NCBI GenBank assembly: GCA_964244895.1
Contig: CAXTKV010000033.1
Location: forward strand, 18,940 to 33,347
Source of the DNA: an uncultured Deinococcales bacterium
Lineage (GTDB): Bacteria > Deinococcota > Deinococci > Deinococcales > JAAFIG01
Reading direction: 5' to 3'
DNA length: 14,408 nucleotides
Shown here in pieces: positions 1 to 7,502 of this stretch. Made by a program: the position numbers and the translations under genes. How positions within the stretch are numbered: the stretch's first letter is position 1; each line of letters starts with the position of its first letter. The notes below the pieces were generated by a model. That model saw nothing but the letters and a program-made list of their open reading frames with translations. It was not told where the DNA came from and did not search any database.

Positions 1-42
1 ACGTGCGCTAGTCGCGCAGCTCCTACGTGCGCTAGTCGCGCA
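1..42. repeat. 18-bp perfect direct repeat (ACGTGCGCTAGTCGCGCA x2, 24-bp period) at the window edge
   Basis: 1-18 is identical to 25-42, separated by GCTCCT. Each unit has a TGCGC-N5-GCGCA dyad. The second copy contains the stop codon of ORF 32-289. Confidence 0.9.
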
Positions 43-289
43 ACGGCACCAGATACTCGAGCAGGACTTCCGCCTCGCTGGTTTTATTGGTGAAAAACGC
101 TTGAATCCGGCACGGGAACCGCGTGCCGTCCACCCCGACCATTTCGACGGGTTGGTTGGTCGCCTCGAGCAGGTCATCGGTTGGAACGTGCATCTGCAAC
201 CAGACGACTTGTTGAGAGCCGACGCGGTCAGCGAACTCGCTCACATCACCGACGATTCGCTTGCCGATTCGGACAAAGTAATCGTGCAT
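32..289 (-). CDS. Small hypothetical protein (85 aa)
   Basis: ATG start preceded by G-rich GGGGG (RBS-like). Protein-like composition (MHDYFVRIGKRIVGDV...LLEYLVPLRD), no recognisable motif, divergent from the M20 gene. Confidence 0.5.
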   Translation of the reverse strand: MHDYFVRIGKRIVGDVSEFADRVGSQQVVWLQMHVPTDDLLEATNQPVEMVGVDGTRFPCRIQAFFTNKTSEAEVLLEYLVPLRD

Positions 290-543
290 CAGCTACCCCC
301 GACTCAAGGGTAAAGGATGTTCCCTGAGAAAGAAGGTGTTCTGAATGAGTTTCCGTGAGGAATTGCACAACCAGCCGCGATTTAAACGCGCCCGATCGAG
401 CGAATTTGTTCTGAATATGCCGTCACAGACGATACCGACAAATCATGAGAAATACTTGTTCGGCGATCACTTCTTCATGCGGGCGGTCGGCGCGAAGCTT
501 CGCTCTCATTTTCGATCTCGAATTCGCCTTCGGTTGTTGCGGA

Positions 544-549
544 TAGACT
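544..549 (+). promoter_or_regulatory. -10 box TAGACT, probable leaderless promoter of the M20 gene
   Basis: TANNNT hexamer 6 nt upstream of the GTG at 556; no Shine-Dalgarno present. Confidence 0.55.
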
Positions 550-555
550 GCTCAT

Positions 556-1785
556 GTGAACCCGCTCGAGCTGGCAAACCACGCGGCAGAAGCCGTGAGC
601 GCTCAAGAAGTTGTCCAGTTAACCCAGGATCTGGTGCGCATGGATTCCGTCGCCAGTCCGGGACGCCCCTTTGAAGCGCCCGTGGCCGGGTTTCTCGAGG
701 CTCGGTTGCGCCAGGGCCGTTTCGAGGTGTACCGCACCGAAGTCGAACCGAACCGACCGAACCTGATGGCGGATTGGATCGGTTCCGGTCAACCCGGCAA
801 GTTGCTGCTGCTCGAGGGTCACACCGATGTCGTGACCGAAGGCGACCGCAGCGACTGGGCGCGCGACCCATTTTCTGGCGATCTGGCGGACGGCAAGATC
901 TGGGGTCGGGGCGCGGCGGACATGAAAGGCGGGCTGGCCGCCGCCATCGTGGCGCTGGAAACGGTGCGCGACCTCGGGCCGGACTTACCGGGACGGGTGC
1001 GGTTGCTGATCCCGTGCGACGAGGAAGGCATGATGCGCGGCATCAAACGCATGGTGCAAGACGGCTGGCACAAAAGCGCAGATGGTCGCGTCGCCGACGG
1101 CGCGATCATCTGCGAACCCGAAGAGAACGAGCTTTGTTTATTCCAGCGTGGCGGTATCCGCGCAGCCGTCACGTTCACCGGCAAGCAGGCGCACGGCGCA
1201 ATGCCTTACGCGGGACTGAACCCGATCCCTGCGCTGGCGCGCTTCGTGCTCGAGGTGCGCGCCCTGCAGGACGCACTCCAGCGCGATCTGGGCGAGCATC
1301 CCGTACTGGGTTTCCCGTGGTTGACGCCGACCGTTCTGGAAGCGGGCAACCTGCCGCAACTGAACGTCATGCACGCTGAGGCGATGGTCGCATTGGACAT
1401 CCGTACCGTTCCCGGCGTGAATCACGACGGTATCTATTCGAGACTCGAGACGATCCTCGAGCGCCTGTCACGCCAGGAAGGCGTCAGAACGCGCCTCGAA
1501 ATCATCGACGATCGACCCTGGACGGCCACCGACCCGAACGCGGGCATCGTCAAGGCGCTCGAGGCCGCGCACCCGTTCAGCCTGATGCGCCCACCGCGCT
1601 ACGGCGGCGTTCCCGGCACGACCGACGGCACGTTCCTGCACAAGGCTGGCGTGCCGATCGTGACCGTCGGCCCCGGCGACCGCGAGATTCCGCACCAGGT
1701 CGACGAATTCGTGCGCGTGGATGACCTGGTGCAATCCGCGCGCCTGTACGCGGCCAGCATCGTGCTGTTCCTGACGCAGCCCTGA
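556..1785 (+). CDS. M20 family metallo-amidohydrolase (ArgE/DapE-like deacylase)
   Basis: Motifs LLEGHTDVV, GRGAADMKGG, CDEEG, ICEPE, TGKQAHGA and C-terminal HQVDE (Zn ligands and catalytic Glu); 409 aa. Confidence 0.93.
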   Translation: MNPLELANHAAEAVSAQEVVQLTQDLVRMDSVASPGRPFEAPVAGFLEARLRQGRFEVYRTEVEPNRPNLMADWIGSGQPGKLLLLEGHTDVVTEGDRSDWARDPFSGDLADGKIWGRGAADMKGGLAAAIVALETVRDLGPDLPGRVRLLIPCDEEGMMRGIKRMVQDGWHKSADGRVADGAIICEPEENELCLFQRGGIRAAVTFTGKQAHGAMPYAGLNPIPALARFVLEVRALQDALQRDLGEHPVLGFPWLTPTVLEAGNLPQLNVMHAEAMVALDIRTVPGVNHDGIYSRLETILERLSRQEGVRTRLEIIDDRPWTATDPNAGIVKALEAAHPFSLMRPPRYGGVPGTTDGTFLHKAGVPIVTVGPGDREIPHQVDEFVRVDDLVQSARLYAASIVLFLTQP

Positions 1786-1860
1786 GTTCGTTCTCGAGAA
1801 CGCTGTCGTGAGCGGGTCTCGAACCCAGGATTTCAGGCTCGAGCCAGAACGACTCGATTT

Positions 1861-1929
1861 CGGGAACACCGTCCAGGACAGTGTTTTTATATGCCACAAG
1901 AAAGCCGTTTAGGACGGTACTCCCGGAAA
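1861..1929. repeat. Palindromic REP-like doublet, locus 1
   Basis: AACACCGTCC-A-GGACAGTGTT (1865-1885) and CCGTTTAGGACGGTACTC (from 1905), cores 36 bp apart. A degenerate third copy lies at 1793-1815. Confidence 0.75.
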
Positions 1930-1984
1930 TGGTGCATTCCCGACCGGACCACCCGTGCAGGTCATCCGATCGCGTCGCCCAGAC

Positions 1985-2014
1985 TTCACACCCTGAGCAC
2001 GATTCAGTTATGTT
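1985..2014 (+). promoter_or_regulatory. Possible sigma70-type promoter (TTCACA-N18-TATGTT) for the ABC operon
   Basis: Near-consensus hexamers about 80 nt upstream of the AGGAGG RBS and ATG 2097. Confidence 0.3.
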
Positions 2015-2096
2015 GAACAGCGGAATAACCCGACCAGACCCGCTCGGGGCAAAGCTCGAGCCTTCAACGCGCCATCGTGTTTTAACAGGAGGAAGT

Positions 2097-3623
2097 ATGC
2101 GTAAACGGTACCTGGCGTTGCTCGCTATTCCGGCTTTGGCCATCGTCGCCACCACGTCCCAGGGTCAGGGGACGCCCGCGCCCGTGCGCGGTGGAACGCT
2201 GACGGTCGCCATGAACGTCGAACCCGCCGCGCTCGACCCGACGCAAGTCGCGGGCGCAGAAATTCAGCGCATGATGTACCAGAACGTCCTGGAAGGCTTG
2301 CTCGGCATTGACGAAAAGGGTCGGATCGTACCCGCCCTGGCCGCGGGCCTGCCGAAAGTTTCAGCTGACGGCACGGAATACACCTTCAAATTGCGCTCCG
2401 GCGTCAAATTCCACGACGGCAGCGCCTTCACCAGCGCGGATGTCAAGGTCAAGTTCGATTTCGCGCGCACCAAGGATTCCGGCCAGCAGAGCCCGACGTA
2501 CTACGCCGATATCGCGTCCGTGACCGCGCCCGATCCGTTGACAGTCGTGTTCAAAATCAACAAGGTCAACACCGATTTCGTCTTCAACCTGGCGCGCAAC
2601 GAGAGCGTGATCGAACCCGGCGAAACCTACAGCACCGCCGCAGGCCGCGACAAGCTCAAGGTCGCGCCCGTCGGTACGGGGCCGTTCAAGCTCAAAGCCT
2701 GGAATCGCGGTACCAGCGTGGTGCTCGAGCGCAACCCGGACTACTACGTCAAGAGCCTGCCCTACCTGGACGGCGTGACCTTCCGCTTCCTGGGCGACGA
2801 CCAGAACGCCAAGGTCGCGGGGCTCAAATCGGGCGATATCGACGTGATCGGTCTGCCCGCCGAGCAGGCCGCTTCGCTCAAGGCCGACCCCAATTTCAGA
2901 GTCACGGTCGGCGTGTCATCCGGCGAGATCACAGTCAGCATGAACAACCAGCGCAAGCCCTTCAACGACCTGCGCGTCCGTCAGGCCCTGACCTACGCCA
3001 TGAACAAAAGAGAGCTCGTGGACGGCGGCCAGTTCGGTTTCGGCACGGTCATCGGGTCGTTCAACTCGCCGGGTCAGCCGTACTTCATCGACCTGGCCAA
3101 CCGCATGCCATACAGCCCCGAAAAAGCCAAGGCGCTCCTCAAGGCCGCCGGCTACGGCGAAGGCCTGAAGTTCAAATTCACCGTCGCCAACGAATTCCCA
3201 ATCGAACGCCGCACCGCCGAAATTTACGCCGCGCAACTCGCGCAGATCGGTGTGACCGCCGAGATCGAACTGGTGCCGTTCAACACCTGGATTCAGAAGG
3301 TCTTTTTGGGCAAGGACTACGACATGACCATCATCGGTCACGCCGAAGGTTACGACCTGGATCGTTACGCCCGCGACGGCTACTATTTCAACTGGGACAA
3401 CAAGGAATACAAGGCGCTCCAGGATAAGGCGCTCGTGACCGTCAACGACGCCGCCCGCACCCGCATTTACTTTCAGATGCAGGATCTTCTGGTGCGTCAA
3501 GCTCCGGGCATCTGGGCGTTCAGCGCCGCGAACATCACGGCCTCCAAGGCCAACGTCTACGGGCTGTGGGCCAACCAACCCGTCGCCAACACGAACCTGG
3601 TGCGCGCGTTCAAGACGAAGTAA
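2097..3623 (+). CDS. ABC transporter substrate-binding protein, family 5 (Dpp/Opp/Nik-type)
   Basis: AGGAGG RBS at 2087-2092 then ATG 2097. Signal peptide MRKRYLALLAIPALAIVA; motifs RGGTL, LDP, YTFKLRSGVKFHDG, PVGTGPF, PFNDLRVRQAL. Confidence 0.95.
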   Translation: MRKRYLALLAIPALAIVATTSQGQGTPAPVRGGTLTVAMNVEPAALDPTQVAGAEIQRMMYQNVLEGLLGIDEKGRIVPALAAGLPKVSADGTEYTFKLRSGVKFHDGSAFTSADVKVKFDFARTKDSGQQSPTYYADIASVTAPDPLTVVFKINKVNTDFVFNLARNESVIEPGETYSTAAGRDKLKVAPVGTGPFKLKAWNRGTSVVLERNPDYYVKSLPYLDGVTFRFLGDDQNAKVAGLKSGDIDVIGLPAEQAASLKADPNFRVTVGVSSGEITVSMNNQRKPFNDLRVRQALTYAMNKRELVDGGQFGFGTVIGSFNSPGQPYFIDLANRMPYSPEKAKALLKAAGYGEGLKFKFTVANEFPIERRTAEIYAAQLAQIGVTAEIELVPFNTWIQKVFLGKDYDMTIIGHAEGYDLDRYARDGYYFNWDNKEYKALQDKALVTVNDAARTRIYFQMQDLLVRQAPGIWAFSAANITASKANVYGLWANQPVANTNLVRAFKTK

Positions 3624-3638
3624 ATTCCCAGCTCGAGA

Positions 3639-3678
3639 TCCGGCAAGAGGGCGGGACGCGTCTCGCCCTCTTGCCGGA
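3639..3678 (+). other. 18-bp stem-loop after the SBP gene (mRNA-stabilising hairpin or partial terminator)
   Basis: TCCGGCAAGAGGGCGGGA-CGCG-TCTCGCCCTCTTGCCGGA with one G-U pair and no following U-tract. Confidence 0.75.
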
Positions 3679-3691
3679 ATCAGGGGTCAGG

Positions 3692-4075
3692 ATGGCCGCG
3701 ATCAAAAAGCACAATCCGGCAACCGTGAGCGCGCCCGTCGGGAATTACACCCACGGGCTCGAGGTCAGCGGCCAACGGATGCTGTTCATCAGCGGTCAGA
3801 TTCCTGAGCGCCCGGACGGAAGCGTTCCAGACGGCTTCGAGGCGCAAGCCCTGGCCGTCTGGCAGAACATTCAAAATATCCTTCAAAGCGCCGGGATGGG
3901 CTTCGAGCATCTCGTCAAGGTCAACACTTTTTTGACCCACGCCGATCAGGTCGATCAGAACGGCAGCATCAGGCAGCGTATCCTCGGTGATGCGCGCCCC
4001 GCGCTGACGGTCGTGATCGCCGAGACGCTCGTTCCAACGTGGTTGCTCGAGATCGAAGCCATCGCCGTGGATTGA
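3692..4075 (+). CDS. Rid (RidA/YjgF/YER057c/UK114) family protein, non-canonical subfamily
   Basis: ATG 3692 is in frame with ORF 3566-4075. Motifs PVGNYTHG, LFISGQIP, LVKVNTFL, LLEIEAIA; has PALT in place of PARS. Confidence 0.9.
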   Translation: MAAIKKHNPATVSAPVGNYTHGLEVSGQRMLFISGQIPERPDGSVPDGFEAQALAVWQNIQNILQSAGMGFEHLVKVNTFLTHADQVDQNGSIRQRILGDARPALTVVIAETLVPTWLLEIEAIAVD

Positions 4076-4103
4076 ACGCCACCCTTCGCCCGAAAGACCA
4101 TCG

Positions 4104-5051
4104 ATGCCACTGACCTTCATCATCCGCCGAGTCGCCACCGCCCTGATCACGCTGTTCCTCGCGTCGGTGATGGTTTTCGGCTCGCTCTTGGTGATTCCCG
4201 GCGACCCGGTGCAACTGCTGTTGGGCCTGAACTACGAACCCGAAACCTACCGCGTGCTGCAACACAAGATGGGCCTGGACAGACCGCCTCTGGCGCGGTA
4301 CGCGACCTGGATTGCTGGCCTGCCGCGCGGCGATCTGGGCATCAGCCTGTCCAAGACCGCGCCTGTGACGCAGTTGATCGTGGGCACAATCCCGGTTACG
4401 GTTCCGTTGATCGTGCTTTCAACGCTGCTGGCGCTCGCCATCGCCATCCCGGCGGGCATTTACGCCGCCCGGCGCAGGGGCTCGAGCGCCGACGTGATCG
4501 TGGTCACGCTGACCCAGGCGGGCTTGGCGATTCCCAGTTTCTGGCTGGGTTTAATCCTGGCGCTTTTTTTCGCCGTGACGCTGCACTGGTTGCCCGCCAA
4601 CGGCTGGACGGCCTGGACGGACGACCCCGCGCGGGCGCTGCGCAGCCTGATTCTGCCCGTCGTGACGCTCGCGCTCGGGCAGGCGGCGGGCTTGGTGCGG
4701 ATGGTGCGCTCCAGCGTGCTGGACGTGCTGGGGCAGGATTACGTGCGCACTGCCCGCAGCAAGGGGTTGCGCGAGAACATCGTGCTGAACAAACACGTCC
4801 TGCGGAACGCCGCGATTCAGATCGTGACGCTTTTAGGGATTCAACTCGGGCAACTGCTGGCGGGCGCGATCATCGTCGAGACGGTCTTCAACCTGCCCGG
4901 CATGGGACGCCTGGGATTGGACGCGGTCAAATCCAGCGATTTCCCGCTCGTGCAGGGCGTGGTCTTCACGATTGCCGCCGTGATCGTCGGGATTAATTTG
5001 ATCGTGGATCTGCTCTACGGTGCGCTCGACCCGAGGATTCGATATGACTGA
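4104..5051 (+). CDS. ABC transporter permease (DppB/OppB-like)
   Basis: IPGDP, GLDRP, GDLGISL, IPSFWLG, EAA-loop DYVRTARSKGL, LDPRIRY. Confidence 0.95.
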   Translation: MPLTFIIRRVATALITLFLASVMVFGSLLVIPGDPVQLLLGLNYEPETYRVLQHKMGLDRPPLARYATWIAGLPRGDLGISLSKTAPVTQLIVGTIPVTVPLIVLSTLLALAIAIPAGIYAARRRGSSADVIVVTLTQAGLAIPSFWLGLILALFFAVTLHWLPANGWTAWTDDPARALRSLILPVVTLALGQAAGLVRMVRSSVLDVLGQDYVRTARSKGLRENIVLNKHVLRNAAIQIVTLLGIQLGQLLAGAIIVETVFNLPGMGRLGLDAVKSSDFPLVQGVVFTIAAVIVGINLIVDLLYGALDPRIRYD

Positions 5052-5053
5052 GA

Positions 5054-5084
5054 AGCGGTCAGCGGTCAGAGGTCAGAGGTCAGA
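5054..5084. repeat. Tandem heptamer repeat (AGCGGTC)2(AGAGGTC)2
   Basis: Read directly between the dppB-like stop and the repeat doublet. Confidence 0.85.
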
Positions 5085-5087
5085 AAG

Positions 5088-5136
5088 ACCGTCCAGGACG
5101 GTGTTCTTGAGATGCGCCCTGGACGGTGTTCCCTCG
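5088..5136. repeat. Palindromic REP-like doublet, locus 2
   Basis: ACCGTCC-A-GGACGGT-GTTC (5088-5106) and GCGCCCTGGACGGTGTTC (5114-5131), cores 25 bp apart. Confidence 0.8.
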
Positions 5137-5993
5137 TGACTCGAGCGTCCCAGGACATTCAAAGGCTCGATCAGGAAGCCCGATCGAAACGGCTCCCGGC
5201 GAACCTGCTGTTCGGACTTGTCATCTTCTTGCTTCTGGTCGCGTGCGCGATCCTGGGATTGATCTGGACGCCGTACAATCCGAACGCCCAGAATTTCGCG
5301 GCGCAACTCAAAGGCCCCAGCCTGACACATCTGCTGGGCACGGACAATTTTGGCCGGGACATCCTTTCCAGGTTGTTGCGCGCCGCCAGCACGTCATTGC
5401 TGGTCGGCGTGATCTCGGTCGGTATCGGCTCGAGCCTGGGATTGCTGTTCGGCGCGGTCGCCGGGTACTTCGGCGGGTTGCTGGACGATTTTTTGATGCG
5501 CGTGATGGACGCGCTTTCGGCCTTTCCGACCGTGCTGCTCGCGCTCCTGCTGGCCGCCGTGTTCAGACCCAACCTGACGACCGCCATGATCGCCGTCGGC
5601 CTCGCCAGCGTGCCGACCTTCACGCGATTGACCCGCGCCGGAGTGCTGTCCATCAAGAATCTCGAGTACGTGGACGGCGCTCGAGCCCTCGGCGCGAACG
5701 AACCCCGCATCCTGGCGCGGCACATCCTGCCCAACCTGGCCAGCCCAATCATCGTGCAAGCCACCTTCGCGTTCGGCGTGGCGATACTGGCGGAAGCGGC
5801 GCTCAGTTACCTGGGGATTGGCACGCAACCGCCCGACCCGTCCTGGGGCGTGATGCTGCGCGACGCGCAGACGTTCATTTACAACTCGCCGTGGCCGACG
5901 GTCTTTCCGGGTGTCGTGATCGCCATTACCGTGCTCGGCCTGAACCTGCTGGGCGACGGACTGCGCGACCGCCTCGACCCGAGGGGACGATGA
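5136..5993 (+). CDS. ABC transporter permease (DppC/OppC-like); start GTG 5136 or ATG 5112
   Basis: HLLGTDNFGRDILSRL, EYVDGARALGA, HILPN, EAALSYLGIG-PPDPSWG, NLLGDGLRDRLDPR. Confidence 0.93.
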   Translation: MTRASQDIQRLDQEARSKRLPANLLFGLVIFLLLVACAILGLIWTPYNPNAQNFAAQLKGPSLTHLLGTDNFGRDILSRLLRAASTSLLVGVISVGIGSSLGLLFGAVAGYFGGLLDDFLMRVMDALSAFPTVLLALLLAAVFRPNLTTAMIAVGLASVPTFTRLTRAGVLSIKNLEYVDGARALGANEPRILARHILPNLASPIIVQATFAFGVAILAEAALSYLGIGTQPPDPSWGVMLRDAQTFIYNSPWPTVFPGVVIAITVLGLNLLGDGLRDRLDPRGR

Positions 5994-6604
5994 GCGCGCT
6001 CGCGGAACGAATCTTCACGGCGACACTGCGGCGCAAGGGCTTCCCGTGGGCGTTCGCGCTCGTACCGTTGGGATCAATCATGTACGCGCTCTGCCAGTAC
6101 GCGCTGGCTCGAGATTTGCTGACGCAACTCCCGGCCAAAGAAACGGCGGGTTTGATCTTCACGGCGTTCTTCGCGAAGGCGCTGCAATGCTTGTGGGTCG
6201 GGTTCGTGTTCATGATCGTGGCTGGGTACGACAACGAACCGTTCCGTTCGGTCGGGACGGGCTACGCGATCGCGGTGGTCGTGTTTGCGCTGGCGTTGCC
6301 GTTGTGTTTCGCGCTCGCGCCGCAGGTGCTGCCGCGCACGGGAGAAGCGCCGCTCAGCACGGATATCCAGGAAGCCATCGTGCGCTTGACGCAGAGCGCG
6401 ACCTATTTCGCGTTTCGCGTCGTCGGTTTCGCGTGCTTCATCGCGCAAGTCTTGTTCAGCCGCGCGGGTCTCGAGATCGCCGGGGCGCAACGATCGAACG
6501 CGCGTTACGCTGCGCTGGTCGTGATCGGCATTTACGTGTTCCTGAACGCCATCGGTCTGGAACGCATCGACATCCCGCCCCCAATGCCATCTCAGGCCGA
6601 GTAA
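5990..6604 (+). CDS. Hypothetical integral membrane protein (204 aa, about 5 TM segments)
   Basis: ATGA overlap with the permease stop (translational coupling), several hydrophobic stretches, ends 14 nt before the SDR start. Confidence 0.7.
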   Translation: MSALAERIFTATLRRKGFPWAFALVPLGSIMYALCQYALARDLLTQLPAKETAGLIFTAFFAKALQCLWVGFVFMIVAGYDNEPFRSVGTGYAIAVVVFALALPLCFALAPQVLPRTGEAPLSTDIQEAIVRLTQSATYFAFRVVGFACFIAQVLFSRAGLEIAGAQRSNARYAALVVIGIYVFLNAIGLERIDIPPPMPSQAE

Positions 6605-6618
6605 CAGAAAGGATCATC

Positions 6619-7404
6619 ATGAATTACCGTGCACTGTTTGAACTCACTGGGAAAACCGCGCTCGTCGTCGGCGGTGCATCCGGCATCGGTAAAGCCTCCA
6701 GTTTGGGATTGGCGGATTTCGGCGCGCACGTCGTGATCGCGGACCTGAACCTCGAGAGCGCGAAGGCGGTCGCGGCGGAAATTACGGCTCGAGGCGGCAC
6801 GGCCAGCACCGCGATCGCCAACCTGGGCGATCCGCAGAGCATCAAGGCGCTCGTGGACGGTCTGGATCGGATTGACGTGCTGGTCTGCACGCCCGCCATC
6901 AACGTCCGCAAGCGCGTGCTGGATTACACCGACGAGGAACTGGATCGGGTGGTGGACTTGAACCTGAAGGGGAACTTCCGATTGCTGCGCGAGGGCGCGC
7001 GCAAGATGAGCACGCAATCCCCGACGGGCGGCAGCATCATCGTGTTTTCCAGCATCAGGAGCCTGGTGGTGGAACCCGGTCAGGCCGTGTACGCCGCCAC
7101 CAAAGCGGGCGTGTTGCAGATCGTCAAGACGATGGCCGTAGAACTGGCAGCCTTCGGCATTCGGGTCAACGCCATCGGGCCAGGCGTGGTCAACACGCCG
7201 TTGACGGCGCAGATCAAGAACAACCCGGAATGGTACGACGCGTACGCCAACAAGAGCGCGCTGGGACGCTGGGCGGAAGCCGACGAGATGGCTGGCCCCG
7301 TGATCTACCTGGCGTCTCAGGCTTCCAGTTACGTGACGGGCACGATTCATTTCGTGGATGGTGGATGGACGGCGATTGACGGGCGGTTCACGCCGCCGCT
7401 GTGA
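6619..7404 (+). CDS. Short-chain dehydrogenase/reductase (classical SDR)
   Basis: AAAGGA RBS then ATG 6619. GGASGIG Rossmann motif, catalytic S and YAATK, IRVNAIGPG, YVTG-VDGGW. Confidence 0.95.
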   Translation: MNYRALFELTGKTALVVGGASGIGKASSLGLADFGAHVVIADLNLESAKAVAAEITARGGTASTAIANLGDPQSIKALVDGLDRIDVLVCTPAINVRKRVLDYTDEELDRVVDLNLKGNFRLLREGARKMSTQSPTGGSIIVFSSIRSLVVEPGQAVYAATKAGVLQIVKTMAVELAAFGIRVNAIGPGVVNTPLTAQIKNNPEWYDAYANKSALGRWAEADEMAGPVIYLASQASSYVTGTIHFVDGGWTAIDGRFTPPL

Positions 7405-7420
7405 GGGTCGGTCAGGGGCA

Positions 7421-7480
7421 GAAGACCGTCTGGTACGCGAACATTGAGGCTCGAGAAATACCGTGCTGGACGGCATTCTC
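7421..7480. repeat. Palindromic REP-like doublet, locus 3 (between convergent SDR and MFS)
   Basis: CCGTCTGGTACGC (7426) and CTCGAGAAATACCGTGCTGGACGGCATTCTC (7450-7480), cores 35 bp apart. 7450-7473 is identical to 9455-9478. Confidence 0.8.
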
Positions 7481-7502
7481 TGCTTTTCGGGAGCGAAGGC
7501 GC

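Noticed and set aside
1..42. CRISPR array
   Set aside because: Only two 18-bp units with a 6-nt spacer, and no cas genes.
345..674. 109-aa + strand ORF
   Set aside because: Overlaps the M20 start in another frame, covers the promoter region and has no recognisable features.
1881..2096. 72-aa N-terminal extension of the SBP
   Set aside because: It runs through repeat and promoter DNA; a strong RBS and signal peptide begin at ATG 2097.
5126..5989. N-terminal 288 aa of ORF 5126-6604
   Set aside because: Arg/Pro-rich shadow frame over the permease; the real protein starts at ATG 5990.
6046..6618. N-terminal extension of the SDR ORF
   Set aside because: Shadow frame over the membrane protein gene; RBS and ATG are at 6619.
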